From contig CANROH010000003.1 of assembly GCA_947632185.1 (NCBI GenBank), forward strand, positions 1 to 48,463: a stretch of DNA of 48,463 nt. The letters are read 5' to 3'. The stretch is from an uncultured Clostridia bacterium (lineage in GTDB: Bacteria > Bacillota > Clostridia > TANB77 > CAG-508). Of this stretch, positions 8,876 to 17,720 are shown in pieces. Position numbers and translations under genes: made by a program. Position 1 is the first letter of the stretch; the number at the start of each line of letters is the position of its first letter. Below the pieces are notes generated by a model, which was not told the DNA's origin, made no database searches, and saw only the letters and a program-made list of their open reading frames with translations.

Positions 8876-10090
8876 ATGACAGATATAATAAAGGAACTTG
8901 AGGATAGAGGATACATAGAGCAAATGACTAATAGAGATGAAATCAGAGAACTTTTTCAAAAAGAAAGTGTATGTTTTTATATAGGAATAGATCCTACAGC
9001 AAACAGTATGCATATTGGCCATTTTGTTGCTTTAATGGTTGCATCTAGGTTGCAAAAAGCTGGTCATAAACCTATTATTTTAATGGGGGGTGGAACAGCT
9101 GCAATAGGTGATCCAACTGGAAGAACTGATTTAAGACAGATGCTTACTAGAGAAGAATTAGATAGAAATGTAGAAGCAATTAAAAAGCAAGCTGAAAGAT
9201 TTGTTTCATTTGAAGGAGAAAATGCAGCAATAATTGTTAACAATGCAGATTGGCTATTAGATTTAAACTATATAGAATTTATGAAAGACATAGGCTCTAA
9301 ATTTACAGTTGCTAAGATGATAGCTCAAGAATGCTATAAAAATAGACTAGAAACAGGCCTAACTTTTTTTGAAATGGGATATCTTTTACTTCAAAGTTAT
9401 GACTTTTTATATTTACATGATAAATATAATTGTAAGTTGCAAATTGGTGGAAATGACCAATGGTCTAATATATTAGGTGGTGTTGAATTAATAAGAAAAA
9501 TAGGATCAGAAGATTCTTATGGTTTAACATTTAAACTTTTAACTACTGCTGATGGTAAAAAAATGGGAAAAACAGCTAAAGGCGCATTATGGCTTAATCC
9601 AGAAAGAACCTCTCCATATGAATTTTATCAATATTGGAGAAATATAGAAGATACTGAAGTTAGAAAGGTACTAAATTTACTTACATTTTTACCTGATGAA
9701 GAAATAGATAGACTAGCATCTTTAAAAGATGAAAGAATTAATGAAGCCAAAAAAATTGCTGCTTTTGAAATTACAAAGCTAATTCATGGAGAAGAGGAAG
9801 CCAAGAAGGCAGAATCAGCAGCTAATGCATTATTTGGTAATGGCGGTAATACAGAGGATATGCCAACTACAAAATTAGAAGATATAAACATCTCCATTAT
9901 AGATGCTATTGTTTTAGCTGGAATTGCTCCATCTAAAGGACAAGCTAAAACTCTAATATCTCAAGGTGGTATCACTTTAAATGAAGAAAAGATAGATGAT
10001 ATTTCTTACAGATTATGTGATAATGATTTTAAAGATGGATATGCTATTTTAAGAAAAGGCAAAAAAGTATTCCATAAATTTGAAAAATAG
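8876..10090 (+). CDS. tyrS: Tyrosine--tRNA ligase
   Basis: YIGIDPTANSMHIGH, LLQSYDF, QIGGNDQWSNI, KMGKT, C-terminal S4 domain (RKGKK). Confidence 0.97.
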   Translation: MTDIIKELEDRGYIEQMTNRDEIRELFQKESVCFYIGIDPTANSMHIGHFVALMVASRLQKAGHKPIILMGGGTAAIGDPTGRTDLRQMLTREELDRNVEAIKKQAERFVSFEGENAAIIVNNADWLLDLNYIEFMKDIGSKFTVAKMIAQECYKNRLETGLTFFEMGYLLLQSYDFLYLHDKYNCKLQIGGNDQWSNILGGVELIRKIGSEDSYGLTFKLLTTADGKKMGKTAKGALWLNPERTSPYEFYQYWRNIEDTEVRKVLNLLTFLPDEEIDRLASLKDERINEAKKIAAFEITKLIHGEEEAKKAESAANALFGNGGNTEDMPTTKLEDINISIIDAIVLAGIAPSKGQAKTLISQGGITLNEEKIDDISYRLCDNDFKDGYAILRKGKKVFHKFEK

Positions 10091-10101
10091 ATATTTAGCA
10101 T

Positions 10102-10127
10102 AAGAGTGGGAGAAAATCCCACTTTTT
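10102..10127 (+). terminator. Intrinsic terminator after tyrS
   Basis: AAGAGTGGGA-gaaaa-TCCCACTTTTT hairpin with T tail. Confidence 0.8.
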
Positions 10128-10154
10128 AATTTTAAATATAAAGGATATTAAATT

Positions 10155-10838
10155 ATGAATAAATTAAAAATTTTAACAGTATTAATATTAATAATAATTG
10201 TTATAGGTTTTATTTTTGGAATAAATACTATATATAAATTTTGTGTTATACAAAAAATGTATTCTGTTATTAGTGAAAATGTACAAAAGGAAAACTATTA
10301 TCTAATATCAACTATTAAGAATAGTATTGATAATACTACTACTCAAACTAAAATATACTATAAAGATGGAATAGGGAAACTAATTGCAGAAAATGGCATA
10401 TACACATGGGCTGATGGTGAAAGGGCATATATTGTAGATGAAGAAAATAAAACTATATATCTTACTGATATTGAATCTACAATTGGGCTTGTATCTGGAG
10501 AAATGTTTGCAAGTTTTTATCCATGCTATTCTTATTCATTTCTCCAAAAAATTTTATTTGCCGGAAATATAAATAATAAAATAAAAACTGTTAAAATTGA
10601 TGGTCAAAAATTTTTAATGATAGAGATTCCTGATGAAAAAAGTACAAAAACAATATGGGTTTATAAAGATACTTTTAATTTAAAAAAGGCAGAGATAAAA
10701 TTTCCTGATGGTGAGACATTTGAATATGAATATGATTTAGGATTTGGATTAGTTAGCATAAGAAATGTTGAACTTCCAGATACTACAGATTATAAATTTA
10801 TAAATAATAAAACAGGAGAAGTAATTACTAATAATTAA
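10155..10838 (+). CDS. Hypothetical membrane-anchored, beta-rich protein (possibly LolA-like fold)
   Basis: N-terminal hydrophobic anchor and an alternating beta-strand pattern. No recognised motif. Confidence 0.6.
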   Translation: MNKLKILTVLILIIIVIGFIFGINTIYKFCVIQKMYSVISENVQKENYYLISTIKNSIDNTTTQTKIYYKDGIGKLIAENGIYTWADGERAYIVDEENKTIYLTDIESTIGLVSGEMFASFYPCYSYSFLQKILFAGNINNKIKTVKIDGQKFLMIEIPDEKSTKTIWVYKDTFNLKKAEIKFPDGETFEYEYDLGFGLVSIRNVELPDTTDYKFINNKTGEVITNN

Positions 10839-10843
10839 TAGTA

Positions 10844-13294
10844 TTAGTAGTATCCATTTGTATAATCCTTTCCATTAAAACAGTTTCCGGACTTTACTGT
10901 ATTAATAATATTTTGAATTTTATCAATTGATTCATCTAAGATATCTATTCTAATAGAATTACAAAGAATATCATTATATTCAATTGATAAAATTTTACTA
11001 TTATAAATTGTAGTTGTTTTAGAAAAGTTATCAGGAATAATTCTAAATTCAAAGTTCATTCTATCTTTTAAATAAAATTTAGAAGAATTTTGACATTTAG
11101 ACATGCAAGTTGAGTCACATTTGTTAGATTTACTAATGTAACAATAGTTATTTGTCATAACTGGAATTTTTCCATATACAATAATTTCTGATTTTAGATT
11201 TGCATTTTTTAAAACATCATTTGTTTCAATTTTATTTAATTCAGGTGAAATAGTATAAGTTGATAAATTTAAATCTTTTAAACTTTGTACAGAATAATTA
11301 TTATATATGTTTAAATTAAAATTACCAATTAACTCTAAATTTAACTGTTTTAATTTTTCAATTTGTGACAAGTTAGAAACGACAAATCCTTTTATATTAA
11401 AATCAGATACAATATTATTTAAATTTAAATTATTTATAATTTTGTCTTTTAAAATGTTAGGTAAATATATATATGTATTAAATTTTTTAGAAAGATTTTT
11501 TAATATCGAGGTATATGTGTTATCAAAAAAGTATTTTAATGGAATATATAGATTATCTATATTTTCTAATATTAAATAATTTACATTTTTATCTAATATA
11601 TTTAATAATAAAGATATTTTTTTATTTGTATTATTTTTTATACTAGTTGTTAAATTATATATATTAGTAGTATTAATTAAATGATGAGAATTTTTTTGAA
11701 TTACTACATCTTCTAATTGTTCTAAAGCTTTTCTTCTTATATCATTTAAAACACTAATTTGAATAAATAAATTGTTATCTAATATAACTTTTATATTTTC
11801 AAATTCAAATTGTGTATTTCCAGTTTTAGATATTTGATCAATTATTTTTTCTTCTGTAATTGCTTGATTTAATGCAATTTGAGGTATAGTAGATGATTTT
11901 ACAATTATTTCTAAACCAGAATAAAATCCTTCATTTGAAGAAATTTTAAAAGAAATAGGAGAATCCTTTTTTACAATAATTTCTCCATTTAATTTTATTT
12001 TTTTAAAATTTTTATCATCTTTAAAAGTAGGAGATATTATTTGGTTTAATCTTGCAGATTCAATTCTATAAACTTTAGAACCTACAGAAATATTTCCCTT
12101 CATTCTACCAATTTTTACAATTTGACCTTTATATAAATTTTCAAAATTTTTGTTATTAATCATAAGTTCAGATATAGTATAGTTTTCATCATTTATGGAT
12201 ATCCTGTCTCCAATTGATAAGTTATCTTCTAGTTTTAAAGTTAGATGTCCTTTATTTTCATTTATATGAGAAATTGTTCCAACATATATTCCCATGTTAT
12301 TTGGTTTATTTTTAAAAATAAAATTGTTATTTATGTTTGTTCCAAAATGCCCACTAGAAAAACCACCACGATTAAATACTTGGGTAATTTCTTGTCTATC
12401 TGATAATCCAGTATTTTCATTTATTATATCTAATTGTTTATTAATTAGGAATTTAAGTTCGTTATTATCAAGATTTATATTTTTTAAGACTAAATCAATG
12501 TATTTTCTGTAAATTTTTGTAACTACTCCAACATATGTAGGTGTTTTCATACGACCTTCGATTTTTAATGAATCAATACCAAGTTTAATAAGTTCAGGTA
12601 AAAATTCTATTCCCAAATTATCGCGAGGACTAAGAATATATCCACTATCTAAAACAGTAGAAGTTTCTTTATTATTTGTATCCATACAAAGTTTATAAGG
12701 AAGTCTACATGGTTGAGCACATAGACCACGATTACCAGAACGTTTTCCAATCATGCTAGAAAATAAGCATTGGCCTGAATAAGAAATACAAAGAGCACCA
12801 TGTATGAACACTTCGAGTTCAATATTAGTATTTTTTCTTATATATTCAATTTCAGAAATAGAAAGTTCACGAGCTAAAACAACTCTTGAAAATCCCATTT
12901 TTTCTAATTGTTTTACACCATCTAAATTATGAATGGACATCTGAGTACTGGCATGTAATGGAATTTGGTTGTAATTTTTTAATAAAAAAGAAGCTAAGCC
13001 TAAATCTTGGACGATAATTGCATCTACTCCTAAATTATATGCTTGTATAGCTATATTTAAAGCCTCTTTGAATTCATCATTTTTAATTAAAGTATTAAGT
13101 GCAAGATTTACTTTAACATTTCTCAATTTTGCATATTTAATAGCATCTATTAATTCTTGGCTATTAAAATTAGTAGCTTTTGCTCTTGCATTGAAAGAAG
13201 AGGTGCCAAGATAAACGGCATCAGCACCATTTTGAACAGCAGCTTTTAATGATTCAAAATCTCCAGCAGGAGCAAGTAATTCAATATTTTTCAT
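10844..13294 (-). CDS. U32 family peptidase, long RlhA-like form (RNA hydroxylation family)
   Basis: ELLAPAG, HASTQM, EVFIHGALCISYSGQC, NRGLCAQPCR, LKIEGRMK; long C-terminal extension. Confidence 0.88.
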   Translation of the reverse strand: MKNIELLAPAGDFESLKAAVQNGADAVYLGTSSFNARAKATNFNSQELIDAIKYAKLRNVKVNLALNTLIKNDEFKEALNIAIQAYNLGVDAIIVQDLGLASFLLKNYNQIPLHASTQMSIHNLDGVKQLEKMGFSRVVLARELSISEIEYIRKNTNIELEVFIHGALCISYSGQCLFSSMIGKRSGNRGLCAQPCRLPYKLCMDTNNKETSTVLDSGYILSPRDNLGIEFLPELIKLGIDSLKIEGRMKTPTYVGVVTKIYRKYIDLVLKNINLDNNELKFLINKQLDIINENTGLSDRQEITQVFNRGGFSSGHFGTNINNNFIFKNKPNNMGIYVGTISHINENKGHLTLKLEDNLSIGDRISINDENYTISELMINNKNFENLYKGQIVKIGRMKGNISVGSKVYRIESARLNQIISPTFKDDKNFKKIKLNGEIIVKKDSPISFKISSNEGFYSGLEIIVKSSTIPQIALNQAITEEKIIDQISKTGNTQFEFENIKVILDNNLFIQISVLNDIRRKALEQLEDVVIQKNSHHLINTTNIYNLTTSIKNNTNKKISLLLNILDKNVNYLILENIDNLYIPLKYFFDNTYTSILKNLSKKFNTYIYLPNILKDKIINNLNLNNIVSDFNIKGFVVSNLSQIEKLKQLNLELIGNFNLNIYNNYSVQSLKDLNLSTYTISPELNKIETNDVLKNANLKSEIIVYGKIPVMTNNYCYISKSNKCDSTCMSKCQNSSKFYLKDRMNFEFRIIPDNFSKTTTIYNSKILSIEYNDILCNSIRIDILDESIDKIQNIINTVKSGNCFNGKDYTNGYY

Positions 13295-13483
13295 AATACA
13301 CCTTTATAAAATATATTTAAATTTTAAATAGTAAAAATTTAGAAAAGCATATATATTATAACATATTCTTTAGAATAATGCTATTTATAGATTAAATACA
13401 TAATAAATTTAAAAATAATGTTTACAAATATTTTATTTATATATAAAATGTAGAATATAATTTAGAATTGGAGGATTTTAAAA

Positions 13484-15181
13484 TTGAGATCTGGAAGAAG
13501 AGCAATTGAAAATGAAGGAAGAAAACTTAATAAGGGCAAAGTAGTATTAGTATTATTCATAATAATACTAATAGTTGCATTAATATTCGGTATAAAATTT
13601 TTGGTAGAATATATAAAAAATAAAAATACAAAAGATGGATTATCATCTAATGTAAATGATGTAATTGATTATTCTGGAACTGCTAGTTCAAAAACAATAG
13701 ATGAAATACTTAATGAGTTTGGTGGAGAAGTAGTAGAACAAGTAAAACAAGATACTTATTATATAAAAAAAGATGGAACTGAATATACAGCATATTTGGA
13801 TGGAGAAATATCTGAAGGAAGAATTGTACCTTGGGATGGTAAAACTTCTTCAAAGCCTGCAGTTGATGATGCGGGAAATATGAATGTATATACAGCAAGT
13901 GAATTAAAATGGATTGCAGATCAAGTCATTAGTGGTCAAATGAATTTTTCTGGAGTGACAATAACTTTACGTAACAATATAGATTTAGGAGCAAGAAAAA
14001 ATGATGATGGAACATGGAGTGAAGATTACAAATGGACACCTATTATAGGATTTTTAGATGAAATTTCAACAGAGAAAAATTCAGATGATTCTTCAGATGA
14101 ACAGGCAAAAACAGATGAATCTGATACTATTCAAGAAAATTTAAAACGATTTTCTGGTATATTACAAGGAAACGGAGTAACAATAAGGGGATTATATATA
14201 AATAGTGATAAAAGATATCAAGGTTTATTTGGATATTCATCAGGAACTATTACTAATATAAATATAAAAAATAGTAGTATAAAAGGAGGAGAAGGAACAG
14301 GAGCTTTAGTTGGCTTGAATGAAGGAAGAATTGTAGGATGTACATTAGAAAATGTTGAGGTAGAAGGTAAAGAAAAAGTTGGCGGTATTGTTGGTATAAA
14401 TATGACAAATTCTTCTATTGAAAATTGCACTACATCAGAAAATAATATAATTAGTTCTGATAAATATGTAGGAGGAATAGCTGGATATGTAAATAATAAT
14501 TCTAATATTTCGAATTCATCAAATAAATCTATTATAAAAGGAAAAGAGTATGTAGGGGGAATAGCTGGAATATCATTTTACGGAACAATAATAAAAGAAT
14601 CATATAATCAATCTGAAAATATTACTGGAGATAAATATGTAGGAGGAATAGTTGGATATTCTAGTAGCCAATTAGAACATGTATATTCTTTAGGCAGAAT
14701 ATCTGCTAATAGTTATGTCGGTGGCTTAGTTGGAGTAAACTATGAAATGGGAAATATAACAGATTCATATAATTCTGGTGAAATAATAGTAGCAGAAGAT
14801 AATGCGGGAGGAATAACAGGTCTTAATAATTCAAATATATCTAATTGTTATAATGCAGGCAAAATTGATGCAAGTAAAGCTTCTGGTATAAAAGTTGGGG
14901 GAATATGCGGTCAGAATGCTTCAGAATGTTATATATACACATCTTATAATATAGGAAATATAATTACTTCTGAAGTTGCAAATGGCTTAGTTGGAGTAAA
15001 TTTCGGAGATGTAAATAATAGTTTTTATCTTGATAGTTCTATAAAAATATCACCAAAAAATGATGAATTAAAAAAATCAGAAGAAGATATGAAAAATAGT
15101 ATACTTACTGACCTTGGTGAAAGCTTTGTGAAAGATATTAAAAATATTAATTCTGGTTATCCAGTACTATCATGGCAATAA
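13484..15181 (+). CDS. Membrane-anchored surface protein with GLUG-type repeats
   Basis: TTG start after GGAGG, N-terminal TM helix, WTPIIG motif, repeated VGGIAG/VGGLVG units, C-terminal GYPVLSWQ. Confidence 0.8.
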   Translation: MRSGRRAIENEGRKLNKGKVVLVLFIIILIVALIFGIKFLVEYIKNKNTKDGLSSNVNDVIDYSGTASSKTIDEILNEFGGEVVEQVKQDTYYIKKDGTEYTAYLDGEISEGRIVPWDGKTSSKPAVDDAGNMNVYTASELKWIADQVISGQMNFSGVTITLRNNIDLGARKNDDGTWSEDYKWTPIIGFLDEISTEKNSDDSSDEQAKTDESDTIQENLKRFSGILQGNGVTIRGLYINSDKRYQGLFGYSSGTITNINIKNSSIKGGEGTGALVGLNEGRIVGCTLENVEVEGKEKVGGIVGINMTNSSIENCTTSENNIISSDKYVGGIAGYVNNNSNISNSSNKSIIKGKEYVGGIAGISFYGTIIKESYNQSENITGDKYVGGIVGYSSSQLEHVYSLGRISANSYVGGLVGVNYEMGNITDSYNSGEIIVAEDNAGGITGLNNSNISNCYNAGKIDASKASGIKVGGICGQNASECYIYTSYNIGNIITSEVANGLVGVNFGDVNNSFYLDSSIKISPKNDELKKSEEDMKNSILTDLGESFVKDIKNINSGYPVLSWQ

Positions 15182-15207
15182 AAAAGTGTAAAAATATTAA
15201 AAAAAGC

Positions 15208-15236
15208 TTGCAATTACGTTTATTTAAGTGTATAAT
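15208..15236 (+). promoter_or_regulatory. Sigma-A promoter of rimP-nusA-infB operon
   Basis: TTGCAA-17nt-TATAAT. Confidence 0.75.
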
Positions 15237-15261
15237 ACTTATATCATAACAATTGTACTAG

Positions 15262-15287
15262 AAGAGTGGGAACAGATCCCACTCTTT
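15262..15287 (+). promoter_or_regulatory. Leader hairpin of rimP operon, probable NusA-dependent attenuator
   Basis: 10-bp stem AAGAGTGGGA/TCCCACTCTT with a weak U tract, between promoter and RBS. The B. subtilis ylxS(rimP)-nusA leader has an autoregulatory attenuator. Confidence 0.6.
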
Positions 15288-15310
15288 AAAAGTTTTTTGG
15301 AGGTGATAAA

Positions 15311-15772
15311 GTGGCATCCAATAATATTGAAGAGAAAGTTGAAAATTTATTGGAAAATATTATAAAAGAAATCGGATATAGCTTATATGATGTAAGGTAT
15401 GAAAAAGAAGGAAAAGATCATTATTTAAGAATATTTATAGATAAACCAGAAGGAATCGATATAAATGATTGTGAAACTGTAAATAATGCTATAAATGATG
15501 TATTAGATAAAGCTGATTATATAAAAGAACAATATTTCTTAGAAGTTTCTTCTCCTGGTATTGAAAGAGTACTAAGAAAAGAAAAACATTTTCTATCTCA
15601 AATGGGAAAAAAGATTTCTGTTAAACTTTTTAAGGCAATCGAAAATCAAAAAGAAATAATAGGAATATTAGAAGAATATAATAGTAGCGAGATTACATTA
15701 AGGGTAGAAAATAAAAGTTTAAAAATAAATTTAAAAGATATTGCTATTGCAAAGACCGTTTATGAGTGGTAA
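15311..15772 (+). CDS. rimP: Ribosome maturation factor RimP
   Basis: LRIFIDK, DINDCE, YFLEVSSPGIERVL; first gene of the nusA operon; GTG start. Confidence 0.95.
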   Translation: MASNNIEEKVENLLENIIKEIGYSLYDVRYEKEGKDHYLRIFIDKPEGIDINDCETVNNAINDVLDKADYIKEQYFLEVSSPGIERVLRKEKHFLSQMGKKISVKLFKAIENQKEIIGILEEYNSSEITLRVENKSLKINLKDIAIAKTVYEW

Positions 15773-15811
15773 AAATAGCAATGGAAGCAAAGAAAGGAAA
15801 TGGTATAAAAA

Positions 15812-17104
15812 ATGAAGAACGTTGATGTAAAAGAACTAATTTCAGTTATGGAAGAATTAGAAAAAGAAAGAGGAATAAGTAAAGATTATTTAATTAGTGC
15901 TCTAGAAGAGGCGTTAGTTAAAGCATATAAACAAAATTTTGATGTTGATGATAGTGTAGATAATGTAAAAGTTACAATAGATAAAAATTCAGGAGAAATG
16001 CATGTATATTCTGCTAAAGAAGTAGTTGCAGAACTTCCTGTTCCAGAACTTGAAATTACTTTAGAAGATGCTCAAAAAATTGATAAAAATTATAAAATAG
16101 GTGATATAGTTAATGTTGAAATAATACCAAAGGATTTTGGAAGAATTGCAGCACAAAAAGCCAAACAAGTTGTTGTTCAAAAAATAAGAGAAATTGAAAA
16201 AGAAATGGTTTTTAAAGAATTTAATGATAAAAAAGGAGAAATTGTTTCTGGATTAATACAAAAAGCAGATGGAAAAATCGTTGTTATGGATTTAGGAAAG
16301 CTAGAAGGGGTTATGCCTTTAAAAGAACAAATACCTACTGAAACATATAGAGTAAATGATAAAATAAGAGGATATGTTTTAGAAGTAGAAAAAGGTTTAA
16401 AAGGAACACCTCAAGTTATAGTTTCAAGAAGTCATCCTGATTTTGTAAGAAAATTATTCGAATTTGAAATACCAGAAATATATGAAGGATTAATTGAAAT
16501 AAAATCTGTTTCTAGAGATCCAGGTTCAAGAAGCAAAGTAGCTGTTTATTCTAGAGATGAAAATATTGATCCTGTTGGTTCTTGTGTTGGTCAAAAAGGA
16601 GTAAGAATTCAAAATATAATTAATGAATTAAATGGAGAAAAAATAGATGTAATTGAATGGAGTGAAGAACCATCTATTTATATTGCTGCAGCTTTACTTC
16701 CAGCCCAAGTTATGGCAGTTGATGTTAAAGAAGATGAAAAATTTGCACAAGTTATTGTTCCAGATGATCAATTATCTTTAGCAATTGGTAAATCAGGACA
16801 AAATGCAAGACTTGCTGCAAGACTTACAAATTGGAAAATTGATATTAAATCTGAATCTCAAATTAGAGAAATATTACTTAACCAAGCACAAGAAGAAAAT
16901 GTAGAAACAGAAAAAGAAGAAAATATAAAAAATAATGAAGATTCTTCTGAAAAAACAAAATCAAAAACTAAAAAGAAAACTAAAAAAGAAATAGAAGATG
17001 AGAAACAAGAAGAAGTAGCAGTAGAAAATAAAGATGAAAATACTTTAGAAAAGAAACCAGCTAAAAGAGGAAGAAAGAAAAAAACTGAAGTTGAAGAAAA
17101 TTAA
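15812..17104 (+). CDS. nusA: Transcription termination factor NusA
   Basis: FGRIAAQKAKQ, SRSHPDFV, DPVGSCVG, LSLAIGKSGQNARLAARLT; charged C-terminal tail. Confidence 0.97.
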   Translation: MKNVDVKELISVMEELEKERGISKDYLISALEEALVKAYKQNFDVDDSVDNVKVTIDKNSGEMHVYSAKEVVAELPVPELEITLEDAQKIDKNYKIGDIVNVEIIPKDFGRIAAQKAKQVVVQKIREIEKEMVFKEFNDKKGEIVSGLIQKADGKIVVMDLGKLEGVMPLKEQIPTETYRVNDKIRGYVLEVEKGLKGTPQVIVSRSHPDFVRKLFEFEIPEIYEGLIEIKSVSRDPGSRSKVAVYSRDENIDPVGSCVGQKGVRIQNIINELNGEKIDVIEWSEEPSIYIAAALLPAQVMAVDVKEDEKFAQVIVPDDQLSLAIGKSGQNARLAARLTNWKIDIKSESQIREILLNQAQEENVETEKEENIKNNEDSSEKTKSKTKKKTKKEIEDEKQEEVAVENKDENTLEKKPAKRGRKKKTEVEEN

Positions 17105-17140
17105 GATATTTAAAATTACCAAATAATAGGAGTGATTTTA

Positions 17141-17407
17141 GTGTTAAATAAAAAGAAACCAGTAAGAACGTGTATGGCATGTAATCAGCAAAAAGAAAAG
17201 CAAGAACTTTTAAGGATTATTAAAACAAAAGAAGGCCTTATTGAAGTCGATTTAACAGGAAAGAAAAATGGTAGAGGAGCTTATATTTGCAAAAATATTG
17301 AGTGTCTAGATAAAATTATTAAATCAAAAAGATTAGAAAGAATTTTTGAAAAAAATATTGATCAAGAATTGTATGAAAATATAAGAGGTGTAATTATTGG
17401 TAAATAA
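17141..17407 (+). CDS. ylxR: YlxR/RnpM family RNA-binding protein
   Basis: PVRTCMAC, GKKNGRGAYIC; position after nusA; GTG start after AGGAG. Confidence 0.9.
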   Translation: MLNKKKPVRTCMACNQQKEKQELLRIIKTKEGLIEVDLTGKKNGRGAYICKNIECLDKIIKSKRLERIFEKNIDQELYENIRGVIIGK

Positions 17408-17720
17408 AATATATGGTTTACTTGGCATAAGTGCTAAGGCTGGTAAGATTTTATCAGGAACAGATAGTGTATTAGGAGAAATGTCTAAAGGTAATGTTAA
17501 ATTAGTAATTGTGGCAGAAGATACATCTTTAAAAACTATAAAAAATATAGAATATTATTCTAAAAAAGAAAACGTAGAAATGATTATTTTTGGTACTATT
17601 TCTGATAATAGTAAGGCAATAGGAAAACATAATAGAGCTATTATAGGTGTTAAAGATAAAAACTTAGCTGATGCTATATTAAAAGTATTTCATGGAGGTG
17701 GAAAAGTTGGAAAAAATTAA
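17397..17720 (+). CDS. ylxQ: L7Ae-family protein YlxQ
   Basis: [25 protein letters not shown]; lies between ylxR and infB. Confidence 0.88.
   Translation: MVNKIYGLLGISAKAGKILSGTDSVLGEMSKGNVKLVIVAEDTSLKTIKNIEYYSKKENVEMIIFGTISDNSKAIGKHNRAIIGVKDKNLADAILKVFHGGGKVGKN

Noticed and set aside
14290-15000. Repeats in the GLUG protein as a CRISPR or DNA repeat array
   Set aside because: They are degenerate protein-level VGGIxG repeats inside one ORF, with no spacer structure.
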